Shown: positions 1 through 8,646, numbered from the stretch's first letter. The stretch: 48,290 nucleotides of DNA from an uncultured Treponema sp. (GCA_905233535.1 CAJOEO010000001.1:16534-64823), one strand, 5' to 3'. The notes: generated by a model from the sequence alone, not told the origin. A program made the numbers and translations.

Positions 1-657
1 TCGCATCGCGCTTAGCGCGGGAAAAATCACGAGTGCGCTCACCAAAAGAGAGCCGACAAGATTCATCGCCAAAACCACCACAACCGCAATCACCGCGGCA
101 AGAACGACATTGTAAAATCCCGCCTTTGTTCCCGTTGCCCGCGCGAAATTCTCGTCGAATGTAACTGAAAAAAGTCGATTGTAACCTAAAACGAACAACA
201 CGCAGACGGCAATCGAAAGAATCGCCGAAAGCCAAACTTCCGCGGAGGTGAGCGTTACGATTGCGTAAGAGCCGAAAAGCGTTCCGCAAACATCGCCCGA
301 AAGATTCGACGACGGCTTCCACACATTCAAAATCAAGTAGCCCGCCGCAAGTGAACCCACGGAAAGCATCGCGAGAGCCGCATCGCCTTTGAGCCTGCGC
401 CGTCCGCCGCAAAGAAGAATGATTGCAACTGCAACCGTTGCGGGAAGCACAAGAATCATTTTGTTAAAAAATCCCAAAACCGACGCGACGCTCATCGCAC
501 CGAACGCGACATGGCTCAAGCCGTCGCCGATGTACGAAAATCTGCGCAGAACGAGCGTAACGCCCAAAAGCGACGAGCAGAGCGCGATTAGCGTTCCCGC
601 AACAAGCGCGCGCTGGGTTGTGGCATAAGAAAGATAATCCAAAAAAGAAAGTTCCAT
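1..657 (-). CDS. Metal (Zn/Mn/Fe) ABC transporter permease, ZnuB/ABC-3 family; runs off the window edge
   Basis: Not in ORF track. Manual translation from ATG 657: MELSFLDYLSYATTQRALVAGTLIALCSSLLGVTLVLRRFSYIGDGLSHVAFG...MNLVGSLLVSALVIFPALSAMR; GDGLSH motif; follows the ATPase gene. Confidence 0.9.
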   Translation of the reverse strand, partial: MELSFLDYLSYATTQRALVAGTLIALCSSLLGVTLVLRRFSYIGDGLSHVAFGAMSVASVLGFFNKMILVLPATVAVAIILLCGGRRRLKGDAALAMLSVGSLAAGYLILNVWKPSSNLSGDVCGTLFGSYAIVTLTSAEVWLSAILSIAVCVLFVLGYNRLFSVTFDENFARATGTKAGFYNVVLAAVIAVVVVLAMNLVGSLLVSALVIFPALSAMR

Positions 658-726
658 TTTTTCTCCGTTTTATTTTTGAAATCGTTGCGTTTTCGGAGTT
701 TGAGGTTCTCAAAACCTCGACGATTT

Positions 727-753
727 TGGTTTCGACTTCGCTCAACCACCGCG
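727..753. repeat. REP-like palindromic repeat, copy 1
   Basis: TGGTTTCGACTTCGCTCAACCACCGCG; same core as copies at 3211, 4149, 6485, 6519, 9403. Confidence 0.8.
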
Positions 754-762
754 AAAAACGAT

Positions 763-1443
763 TCAGCCGCCGTTTGCAAGAGGCGATTTTTCAAAATCCT
801 CGCGTTTTCCAAAGAAAAAAGTCCGCCCCAAATGCAAAACATTCGTTGCAAACTTCACGGAATCTAAATCGTGCGTAATCATCAAAATCGTCATTCCGCC
901 TTCGTGCAGATTTTTTATGATTGCGTACAAATCCGCGGTCGCCTCAGGGTCAAGCCCCGTAACGGGTTCGTCCAAAAGAAGCGTGGAATCTGCGGCGCAA
1001 AGCGCGCGCGCCAAAAGCACGCGCTGTTGTTGCCCGCCCGAAAGTTCGCGGTAACTTCGCCTGCGAAGCGGCAGAATGCCGAGCGTTTCAAGCGCGTTTC
1101 TAGCGCGTTTTTTTTCTGCCGAACCGAAAAACACGCGCCTTCCGAGCCGATTCAAACAGCCAGAAAGCACGATTTCTTCAACAACCGCAGGAAAATCGCG
1201 CTGAACGACGGTTTGCTGTGGAAGATAGCCGATTTTTTTTCGGTCAAAATCTTTTCCAAAAACGAGCGAGCCGCCGAGCGGTTTTTGAAGTCCAAGAATC
1301 GTTTTCATCAGCGTGGATTTTCCCGCGCCGTTTTCGCCCACAATGCAAAGATAATCGCCTTCGTTCACGCAGAACGAAATTCCGCCTGCAACTTCTCGCC
1401 CGCCGTAGCCAAGCGACAGAGAATCACATTCGATTATTGCCAT
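763..1443 (-). CDS. Metal ABC transporter ATP-binding subunit (ZnuC-like)
   Basis: Walker A GENGAGKST, signature LSGGQQQR, Walker B LLLDEP, H-loop ITHD. Confidence 0.93.
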   Translation of the reverse strand: MAIIECDSLSLGYGGREVAGGISFCVNEGDYLCIVGENGAGKSTLMKTILGLQKPLGGSLVFGKDFDRKKIGYLPQQTVVQRDFPAVVEEIVLSGCLNRLGRRVFFGSAEKKRARNALETLGILPLRRRSYRELSGGQQQRVLLARALCAADSTLLLDEPVTGLDPEATADLYAIIKNLHEGGMTILMITHDLDSVKFATNVLHLGRTFFFGKREDFEKSPLANGG

Positions 1444-1455
1444 TATTCCCCCAAA

Positions 1456-1944
1456 TCAATCGTAGCGATGTTCGATTATCGCGTTTGTCAAAGCGCAATA
1501 TTCTCCGTCAGCGTCCGCAGTTTTTCCAAAAACGCCACGAATCGTGATTTTCGCACCAGATTTTGGAAGTTCCGCCGACTCGTCCGCCAACACAAACGGA
1601 AGACCAAGCGAACAGCACGCCGTCGCGTCTTGAACATTGCAATATAGCGTTTTTATCGTATTTTCGCCCGATTTTCTTTCATTTAATTCAAATGAACCAT
1701 GAAGACGCACGCTTATTCCATTGTATTTTTCTGGTTCTGCAAAAAGATTTGCAAGTTCCGCATATACAATCGCATTTCCAGCATGGGATAAATCGAGTTC
1801 TGTACGAACAGGCTCATTTTTTTGATGGATAAAAATGAGAAAAACCGTTATCAAAAGCGAAATCGCCGCAAAAAGCAAAAGAAAGCGAGAGCCATTGCCG
1901 TCGCTTTCCTTTGAGTCCTGCTCGATTTTTTCCGTGTTCGCCAT
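1456..1944 (-). CDS. Membrane-anchored hypothetical protein with twin-Cys motif, probable metal-uptake accessory factor
   Basis: N-terminal TM helix, PEKYxG...VRLHG, DATACC, ITIRGVF pattern suggestive of an OB-like fold; SD AAGGAG; lies inside the metal ABC operon. Confidence 0.7.
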   Translation of the reverse strand: MANTEKIEQDSKESDGNGSRFLLLFAAISLLITVFLIFIHQKNEPVRTELDLSHAGNAIVYAELANLFAEPEKYNGISVRLHGSFELNERKSGENTIKTLYCNVQDATACCSLGLPFVLADESAELPKSGAKITIRGVFGKTADADGEYCALTNAIIEHRYD

Positions 1945-1999
1945 AATTTCTCCTTGAACGCGCCTTTAGTTTGCACAAAAGACGCGCTCAAAGCAAGAA

Positions 2000-2096
2000 T
2001 AGAGATGTTCGGAAACTTCAGTTTCCGAATCATCAACTTTGAAGAAATCAGTTTTCGCAAGGCTTTAGGAAATGACCGATTTCCTCACCAGGTCTA
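2000..2096. repeat. Two-hairpin intergenic element bounded by TAGA...TCTA (REPIN/MITE-like)
   Basis: Hairpins TTCGGAAACT-TC-AGTTTCCGAA and AGGAAAT-GACCG-ATTTCCT; inverted ends TAGA/TCTA; only one copy in the window. Confidence 0.45.
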
Positions 2097-2097
2097 A

Positions 2098-3090
2098 TTA
2101 TTTTAACGCCTTTTTCAGCGATTCAAGATTTTTTTCCATTATCGAAATGTAAGTCGCGCCTTTTTTTGAGTCACGCATCGTCGTCGCCTGCATCGAATCG
2201 ATTTCCAAAATCGAGCGTTTTTTGTTTTTTGAATTTTGAATAATCGAAGACGCGATTTTTCGGTCGCTTTTTTCAATCGTGCAGACGCTGCCCAAATTCA
2301 ACTCGTCGAGTTTGTTCGCAAGAAAAATAACCGTCTTGAAACTCGCCTCGGTTTCCGCAGAACAGCCAACAAACGCCGCGTAGTATTTCAAATCGTAGTC
2401 GTCCGTTAAGTATCGGAATGGAAAACGGTCGCCGAACAAAACTGTTTTTTTATCCGACTTAGAAATTTCGCGAGCGAACTTTTCGTCCAGCGAGTCGAGT
2501 TTTTTTGTATAGTCTACAAGATTCTTCTTGTATTCCGCCGCGTTCTTTGAATCAACTTCGCAAAGCGAATCCGCAATCGCCGCGCACAAAATTTTCGCGT
2601 TTTTCACAGAAAGCCAAACGTGTTCGTCGAGTTCTTCATCTTCCTCATCGTCTTCATCTTCCGCTTCCATTCCCTCAACGAGTTCCTCGACTTTTGCGCC
2701 GTCGCCAATCACCTCTAGCAGATTCACAGTGCGCTGATTTTTGTTCGTGGAATTTTTGAGCGCGTCCTCGACCCATTCGTCGCTTTCGCCGCCCACATAA
2801 ATGAAAATATCTGCGGAATTCACTTTAATTATGTCGCGCGCGCTCGGCTGAAACGAATGCAAATCCACGCCGTTGTCCAAAAGAAGCGTAACTTCCGCGT
2901 TTTTTGCCTGTTTGCCCAAAATCTGCAAAACCCAATCGTATTCTGGGAAAATCGTCGCCACGATTTTGATTTTTCCCGCGTTCGTCTGCGCCTTGTCTTT
3001 TTTTGCCGCAAACGCCATCGTTCCCGAAAAAAGAAGCGCGAAAAATGCAACGCTTGCCAAAATCGCACAAAAAATCCTTGACTTTTTCAT
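2098..3090 (-). CDS. Metal ABC transporter substrate-binding protein (ZnuA/AdcA/TroA cluster A-I)
   Basis: Signal peptide; IVATIFP, GVDLHSFQPS, DEHVWLS, DRFPFRYL motifs. Confidence 0.93.
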   Translation of the reverse strand: MKKSRIFCAILASVAFFALLFSGTMAFAAKKDKAQTNAGKIKIVATIFPEYDWVLQILGKQAKNAEVTLLLDNGVDLHSFQPSARDIIKVNSADIFIYVGGESDEWVEDALKNSTNKNQRTVNLLEVIGDGAKVEELVEGMEAEDEDDEEDEELDEHVWLSVKNAKILCAAIADSLCEVDSKNAAEYKKNLVDYTKKLDSLDEKFAREISKSDKKTVLFGDRFPFRYLTDDYDLKYYAAFVGCSAETEASFKTVIFLANKLDELNLGSVCTIEKSDRKIASSIIQNSKNKKRSILEIDSMQATTMRDSKKGATYISIMEKNLESLKKALK

Positions 3091-3114
3091 AATTTACTCT
3101 CGCTTTTTCAAAAT

Positions 3115-3178
3115 TGATAACGATTATCAGATTAGCAAAATCGATTTTTTTGGTCAACAGATTTGAGAATGATTTTCA
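3115..3178 (-). promoter_or_regulatory. Sigma70 promoter of the metal ABC operon flanked by two Fur-family 7-1-7 boxes
   Basis: Minus strand TTGACC-17-TAATCT with extended TG; boxes TGATAACGATTATCA (3115-3129) and TGAGAATGATTTTCA (3164-3178). Confidence 0.7.
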
Positions 3179-3203
3179 GTTTTTGAAAAAAAAGAATTCC
3201 GCA

Positions 3204-3248
3204 AAAAACACGCGGTGGTTTCGACAGGCTCAACCACCGCGTGTTTTT
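3204..3248 (-). terminator. REP-derived hairpin (copy 2), likely terminator of the BI-1 gene
   Basis: Perfect 17-bp IR AAAAACACGCGGTGGTT / AACCACCGCGTGTTTTT around the REP loop TCGACAGGCTC. Confidence 0.75.
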
Positions 3249-3295
3249 CGAAATCACCGCGTGTTCGCGTATTCCGATATTTATGCGAAAAATCT

Positions 3296-4063
3296 TTAGC
3301 GTCTTTTGCCGAAAAGTCGCAAAAGGTAAATAAAGATATTTACAAAATCAAGGTAAAGGTCAAGGGCGGCAATAATCGAAACTTTTGCAAAATCTTCAGA
3401 ACCGTTTGAGTTTTCTGCCAAGCGAACTAATTTTTGGGTGTCGTATGCAGTTAAGCCTGTGAAAATCGCGATTCCCGCAAGCGAAATCAAAAAGTCAAAC
3501 GCGCCAAACGTCGTTTTGAAAATCAACGAAAGAACGACTTGAAGAACGCTCGCCACTACAAGCCCGACAAGCCCCATCGTGCAGTAACGCCCAATCGACG
3601 AAAGGTCGCGGTCGGTTTTTGCACCCCACCAACTCATCAAGCCAAACATCGCCGCCGCGCCCAAAAATATTGTCGCGACAGAACCGAGTTTGTATACAAT
3701 AAAAATAGACGAAAGAGAAATTCCGTTTAGAATTGAATAGACAAAAAACAAGAGTTTTGCCGTACTATGCGACATCGAACGGATTTTTGCGGAAAGAAAA
3801 AATACAATCGCCAATTCCGCGATTATAAAAATCCACATTCCCATTCTAAAAAGAAACATACCAAACGACGAAACATCTCCGACGACGAATTTTGTGTTAG
3901 CAAAAAAATGCGCCAAACCTTGTGGCGTTAGCGAAACGACCACGGTCAAAAATGCCGAAATCGCGCTCGCCAAAAGTGCAACAGACATCCAGCCATAAGT
4001 ACGACCCAAAAATCGAGATTTTTCAGTCGTGCCAAGCGCATTTAGCGCGCTAAAATTTTCCAT
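3296..4063 (-). CDS. Bax inhibitor-1/YccA family membrane protein
   Basis: About 7 TM segments; FLGRTYGWM, TAYDTQKL, ALDLYLDFVNIF motifs; SD GGAGG. Confidence 0.92.
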   Translation of the reverse strand: MENFSALNALGTTEKSRFLGRTYGWMSVALLASAISAFLTVVVSLTPQGLAHFFANTKFVVGDVSSFGMFLFRMGMWIFIIAELAIVFFLSAKIRSMSHSTAKLLFFVYSILNGISLSSIFIVYKLGSVATIFLGAAAMFGLMSWWGAKTDRDLSSIGRYCTMGLVGLVVASVLQVVLSLIFKTTFGAFDFLISLAGIAIFTGLTAYDTQKLVRLAENSNGSEDFAKVSIIAALDLYLDFVNIFIYLLRLFGKRR

Positions 4064-4079
4064 AGCATTACCTCCAAAA

Positions 4080-4128
4080 ATATTTAGAAATATATTCTAA
4101 ATATAATCGAACACATTTTTTTCGACAA
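4080..4128 (-). promoter_or_regulatory. Promoter of the BI-1 gene with overlapping perfect palindrome (putative operator)
   Basis: TTGTCG-17-TATATT on minus; ATATTTAGAA-ATATA-TTCTAAATAT at 4080-4104. Confidence 0.55.
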
Positions 4129-4140
4129 CGTTCATCGTAA

Positions 4141-4179
4141 AAAATCGCGGTTTCGACGGGCTTAACCACCGCCGATTTT
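4141..4179. repeat. REP-like repeat copy 3 with flanking IR
   Basis: AAAATCG-CGGTTTCGACGGGCTTAACCACCGC-CGATTTT. Confidence 0.7.
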
Positions 4180-4241
4180 AGATTCAATTTCCGCGATTTT
4201 CGCAAAACTTTCGAGTTTTTAGATTTAACCGCTACAAAAAA

Positions 4242-4949
4242 TCATTTTCCGAGGAGAAACATTGTGGGGATTTTTTCAAATGGCGGAATGGGCGATTTTT
4301 TCCATTCGGCAACCGAAAGCGTGCGCACAAATTCGCGTTCGCTCGTCAATCCGCATGCCACGCAAAGTCGCGTTTCGGCTCGGCACGTTTTTAAAATCGC
4401 GTCAAAAAGTTTTGCGTTTCGGTACGGGGCTTCAATGAAAAGTTGCGTTTGATTTTCGTTTATCGCCCGCGATTCGATTTTTCGCAAAAAAGACGCGCGT
4501 TCGCCTGTTTTTATGGGCAAATATCCCAAAAACGCAAAGTTTTGTCCGTTCAAACCGCTCGCCATTAACGACAAAATCATGGAAGACGGTCCAACAAGCG
4601 GAATTACGCGAAAGCCGAGTTTGTGCGCTTCTTCCACAGCGCGATTTCCTGGGTCGCCCACGGCGGGACAGCCCGCGTCAGAAATTACGCCAACGGCGTT
4701 TCCATCTTTGATTTTTAGCAAAAACGGCGACAAATCCGCGTTTTCTTTCGTGTGTTCACTTAATTCAAAAAACGAACATTCGTCAACGTTTACGCCAGAT
4801 GAAATCAAAAATCGAACAGCCTCGCGACGACTTTCCACAAAAAAGAATCGAATTTCTTTGATGATTTTTAGATTTTCGTTTGGAATCGAATTTTCAATCG
4901 AACCGCCAAGCGGCACGGGAATCAAATAAAGCGCGTTTTGAATTTTCAT
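4242..4949 (-). CDS. RsmI-like SAM-dependent methyltransferase (tetrapyrrole methylase fold)
   Basis: LYLIPVPLG, ISDAGCPAVGDPG, PLVGPSS, ASGLNGQNFAFLGYLP, IEAPYRN. Confidence 0.9.
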   Translation of the reverse strand: MKIQNALYLIPVPLGGSIENSIPNENLKIIKEIRFFFVESRREAVRFLISSGVNVDECSFFELSEHTKENADLSPFLLKIKDGNAVGVISDAGCPAVGDPGNRAVEEAHKLGFRVIPLVGPSSMILSLMASGLNGQNFAFLGYLPIKTGERASFLRKIESRAINENQTQLFIEAPYRNAKLFDAILKTCRAETRLCVACGLTSEREFVRTLSVAEWKKSPIPPFEKIPTMFLLGK

Positions 4950-5025
4950 TCTTCGATTATAACGATTTTTTTCAAAAATGGATTTTTCCGTGATAAAATC
5001 GACAAAAAATCAAACGGAGAAAAAA

Positions 5026-5862
5026 ATGAAGATTTTGATTAGACCGCACGACATCGGCAAAGGCACGCCCGAATGGCTTGGAAAAACTGCGCACGAATGG
5101 GGGTTTGACGGCGTTCAACTTGCAATCGCAAAGGCGGTTGAAGGTCAAAACGGAAATCCTGGCACGCTTACAAACGAAGTCGTCAACGAAATTCGTTCGG
5201 GTTTTAACGACAACGGCGTGGAAATTCCGCTTTTGGGCGCGTACTTTAATCCCGTTCATTCAAACGCGCAAAAAGTTAAGGCGGGCGCGGAAAAATACGC
5301 AGACCATTTAAAACACGCGAGAGAATTTGGCGCAAAGTTCGTTGCGTCCGAAACGGGAAGTTACAACGACGACAAATGGACGTACAATCCAAAAAATCAA
5401 ACGGAAGAAGCATTCCAAGAAGTCAAAAAAATTTTTGCGCCAATGCCAAAAATCGCCGAAGAAAACGGCGTTTGCATGGCGTTGGAAGGCGCGTGGGGGC
5501 ATTGTATGTTCTGCCCCGAACAATTAAAACGCCTCGCCGACGAAATCGACCCAGGGCAAAAAAATTTTAGATTCATCGTGGATATTTACAATTATCTCTA
5601 CATCGGAAATCACGAACAACGCGCAGATATTTTTGAACGTTGTTTGACGCTTTTCAAAGGAAAAATCGCGGGATTTCACTTAAAAGATTACGTTGTAAAA
5701 GACGGCGAAGAACTAGAATTCGCGCCGCTCGGTCAAGGAATTATGGGCTGGAGCAATTTTCTTCCACGAATCAAAAAAGAATGTCCCGACGCGCTTTTGA
5801 TTTTTGAAGGCGTAAAAGACGTTCCGTCTTCGCTAAAATTCGTGCGTTCAATCGTTGGGTGA
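5026..5862 (+). CDS. Sugar phosphate isomerase/epimerase (xylose isomerase-like TIM barrel)
   Basis: GFDGVQLA, LLGAYFNPVH, SETGS, LEG, FHLKD, PLGQG; start moved to ATG 5026 after SD GGAGA. Confidence 0.85.
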   Translation: MKILIRPHDIGKGTPEWLGKTAHEWGFDGVQLAIAKAVEGQNGNPGTLTNEVVNEIRSGFNDNGVEIPLLGAYFNPVHSNAQKVKAGAEKYADHLKHAREFGAKFVASETGSYNDDKWTYNPKNQTEEAFQEVKKIFAPMPKIAEENGVCMALEGAWGHCMFCPEQLKRLADEIDPGQKNFRFIVDIYNYLYIGNHEQRADIFERCLTLFKGKIAGFHLKDYVVKDGEELEFAPLGQGIMGWSNFLPRIKKECPDALLIFEGVKDVPSSLKFVRSIVG

Positions 5863-5930
5863 TTTTTGCGTTCGGTGGTTTCAACTTTGTTTAATTAAAT
5901 CGAGAAATCACCGAAAAGGAAAAACGAAAA

Positions 5931-6473
5931 ATGGGAACGATTTATTTTACGCGACACGGCGAAACGGAATGGAACGTTCTGCACAAAATTTGCGGGCTAA
6001 CGGACGTTGCTCTTTCTGAAAACGGACGAAACGATGCGAAAACGCTTGGCGAGAAAATTTTGCGCGAAAAAATCCACATCGACGAAATTCTCTGCTCGCC
6101 ACTTTTGCGGGCAAACGAAACGGCGAAAATCGTTTCGGAAATTGTTGGCGTGCCGTATTTTAACGAAAATCTTTTAATCGAACGAAATTGCGGCAAATTT
6201 GAAGGAACGCTCAACACGGCGGACGAATTTTTGGCGGCGCAAAAACAAATCTGCAATCCTTACGGCAACGGCGAATCCATGATTCGCGTGGCACAACGCA
6301 TTTACAATTTGCTTGACCGCCTTACGCGCGACAATTCTGGCAAAATTCGGCTTTTAGTTGGACACAACGGAATTGCACGCGCCGTGGAATCGTATTTTAA
6401 CGGCGAATTGACGACTGACGGATTTATTTCGTTCAGAATGAAAAATTGCGAACTTCGTAAATACGATTTTTAG
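5931..6473 (+). CDS. Histidine phosphatase (phosphoglycerate mutase family)
   Basis: TRHGET, SPLLRA, GES, LLVGHNG. Confidence 0.92.
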   Translation: MGTIYFTRHGETEWNVLHKICGLTDVALSENGRNDAKTLGEKILREKIHIDEILCSPLLRANETAKIVSEIVGVPYFNENLLIERNCGKFEGTLNTADEFLAAQKQICNPYGNGESMIRVAQRIYNLLDRLTRDNSGKIRLLVGHNGIARAVESYFNGELTTDGFISFRMKNCELRKYDF

Positions 6474-6484
6474 ACGAATTTTGC

Positions 6485-6543
6485 ACGTTGGTTGAGCGGA
6501 GTCGAAACCACCGCACAAACGTTGGTTGAGCGGAGTCGAAACC
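6485..6543. repeat. Tandem pair of REP-like repeats (copies 4 and 5), opposite orientation to copies 1-3
   Basis: ACGTTGGTTGAGCGGAGTCGAAACC at 6485-6509 and 6519-6543. Confidence 0.85.
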
Positions 6544-6567
6544 GCAAAGATTTAAAAAAGGAAAAAA

Positions 6568-7371
6568 ATGGCAAAACTTTCGCAACTTGAAAAATATTAC
6601 GGAAAATTTCACGAAGAAAATCGGCTTGGAACGCGACACGGGCGCGTGGAATTTGAAGTTTCAATGTCAAAAATCTTGGAATTCATCGAACAAATCCGCG
6701 AAAATCGAGAAAATCATCAAATCCGCATTTTAGACGTGGGCGCGGGAACAGGGCGTTATTCTGTCGCGCTTTCGCATAAAGGATTTGACGTTACAGCGGT
6801 GGAACTTACAAAACACAATTTTGAGATTTTGCGAGCAAAGCACGAAAAAGTAAAATGTTGGCAAGGCGACGCGCAAAATCTCCATTTTTTGGAAAATCGC
6901 ACGTTTGATTTAACGCTCGTTTTTGGTCCGATGTATCACCTACACACGCAAAAAGAACGACTTTGCGCATTAAACGAAGCCGAGCGCGTTACAAAATCTG
7001 GCGGATTTATACTAGTCGCGTATGTGATGAACGATTACGCGATTTTGACGTATTGTTTTCGCGAAAAGCATATTTTGGAAAGCCTAAAAAACGGCACGAT
7101 TTCCGAGGATTTTCACGCGCTAACCACAAAAGAAAACGACCTTTTCAGTTACGTTCGATTGGAAGACGTTGAAAATCTCGACGCAAAAACGAATCTAAAA
7201 CGATTTGGCGCGTTTGCTCCCGACGGCGCGGCGGATTATTTTCGCAAAGAATTGAATGCACTCAGCGAAGAAGAATTTGAACAGTTCGTGCGGTATCAAA
7301 AAACAATTTGTGAAAGAAAAGAACTTTTAGGCGCAAGTTCGCACATAGTAGACGTTTTGCGCGTTAAATAA
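6568..7371 (+). CDS. Class I SAM-dependent methyltransferase
   Basis: ILDVGAGTGRYS motif I, TFDLTLVFGPMYHL. Confidence 0.9.
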   Translation: MAKLSQLEKYYGKFHEENRLGTRHGRVEFEVSMSKILEFIEQIRENRENHQIRILDVGAGTGRYSVALSHKGFDVTAVELTKHNFEILRAKHEKVKCWQGDAQNLHFLENRTFDLTLVFGPMYHLHTQKERLCALNEAERVTKSGGFILVAYVMNDYAILTYCFREKHILESLKNGTISEDFHALTTKENDLFSYVRLEDVENLDAKTNLKRFGAFAPDGAADYFRKELNALSEEEFEQFVRYQKTICERKELLGASSHIVDVLRVK

Positions 7372-7413
7372 AAATCCGAAAATATCTAAAACGGCTTTTC
7401 AAAGGGAGCAAAC

Positions 7414-8646
7414 ATGGATATTTTTCGCAAAATTTCAAAAATAACATCAAAATTTCGTTCATCGAACAAAAAAAAAGAATATGCGGCGGTTTTGGGGCTT
7501 TTTTTGATTTTTATTGCGATGATGCCACAAGTTTGCGCACAAACGGCTCAAGCGAATGCAGAAAACGCGGCAAAAATCCGCGAAATACTAATTCAACAGG
7601 GGCGAGAATATCTCGGCTGCCCATACAGAAGTGGAGCGACAGGACCTGCCACGTTCGATTGTTCAGGATTCGTGATGACGGTTTTTAAGGAAGGCGCGAA
7701 AATCCAACTGCCACGCAAAGCAAGTTCGATTTACGAAAAATCCGAAAAAATCAAACGAGAAGAATTGGAATCGGGTGATTTGGTGTTTTTTTCCGTGAAC
7801 GGAAAAATAAATCACGTCGGCATTTACGAAGGCGACGGAATGTTTATTCACAGCGCAAGTGACGGTTCAAAAACAGGCGTAATCGAATCTTCGCTTAACG
7901 AGCGATATTGGAAAAATCACTATACAGCGTCGGGAAGGTACGTTGCGTCGGCAGCGTTGGCAGAGTCGGCAAAAAAAACGCAAAACGTCGCATCAGTCGA
8001 AACGGAAACGCCTAAAAATGATGTAGAACCTCAACAAAATAATATATTACCCCAACAAAGCAATACAGAACCACCAAAAAGCGAAAACGATTCAACACAA
8101 GCAAAAGCAAACGAAAGCGAAAACGAAAAACCAAGCAAAAACTCTCTTCTGTCTTCGATAATTCTTGATGCAACGGTGGCGTTCGGCTGGAACGTGTTTG
8201 ATTCCACGGCGGCAAAACTTTGCTTTCGCGGGCTTTCCACGGAAATCACGGCGCGATACAGCAAAAGCGAACTTCAGCCAGGGCTTGGCTTGGGATTTTT
8301 TTGGGACAAAGGCACAAAAACGTTTCAAATTCCGCTGACGTTTTCCGTTACGCTAAACGAATTCGTGCGGATTTTTGCAGGTCCAGTTTTTTCGTTTGGA
8401 GATGCAGAACTTCCAGGGAGCGACACAAAAATCGAAAAATCGATTTTTCCAGGCACAATCGGCGTGGCGTTCTGCACTCCGTCGATTAAAGCGGGAAAAA
8501 CAAAAGTCGCTCTTTCGCAAGAAATCCGCTATTCCACGTTCAACAATACGAACGGCGCAGCTCTTGGAATTTTGGACAGCGCGGCAAGCGGAATCGTTTT
8601 TTCAACGGGAATTAAAGTTACATTACCGTTACAAGCGGGTGTGTAA
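7414..8646 (+). CDS. NlpC/P60 (C40) cell-wall peptidase with low-complexity linker and beta-rich C-terminal domain
   Basis: Hydrophobic N-terminal segment; YLGCPY, FDCSGF, GDLVFF, HVGIY, FIHS catalytic motifs; SD AGGGAG. Confidence 0.88.
   Translation: MDIFRKISKITSKFRSSNKKKEYAAVLGLFLIFIAMMPQVCAQTAQANAENAAKIREILIQQGREYLGCPYRSGATGPATFDCSGFVMTVFKEGAKIQLPRKASSIYEKSEKIKREELESGDLVFFSVNGKINHVGIYEGDGMFIHSASDGSKTGVIESSLNERYWKNHYTASGRYVASAALAESAKKTQNVASVETETPKNDVEPQQNNILPQQSNTEPPKSENDSTQAKANESENEKPSKNSLLSSIILDATVAFGWNVFDSTAAKLCFRGLSTEITARYSKSELQPGLGLGFFWDKGTKTFQIPLTFSVTLNEFVRIFAGPVFSFGDAELPGSDTKIEKSIFPGTIGVAFCTPSIKAGKTKVALSQEIRYSTFNNTNGAALGILDSAASGIVFSTGIKVTLPLQAGV

Noticed and set aside
871-1647. 258-aa plus-strand ORF and the many other antisense or alternate-frame ORFs in the track
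   Set aside because: Shadow ORFs of well-supported genes; no motifs or RBS; stop codons are scarce in off-frames in this composition
2625-2680. Low-complexity (TCT/TCA/TCG) repeat
   Set aside because: Simply encodes the acidic loop of the binding protein
6485-6543. Two 25-bp direct repeats as a mini CRISPR array
   Set aside because: Spacer is only 9 nt, no cas genes, and the repeat matches the dispersed REP-like family
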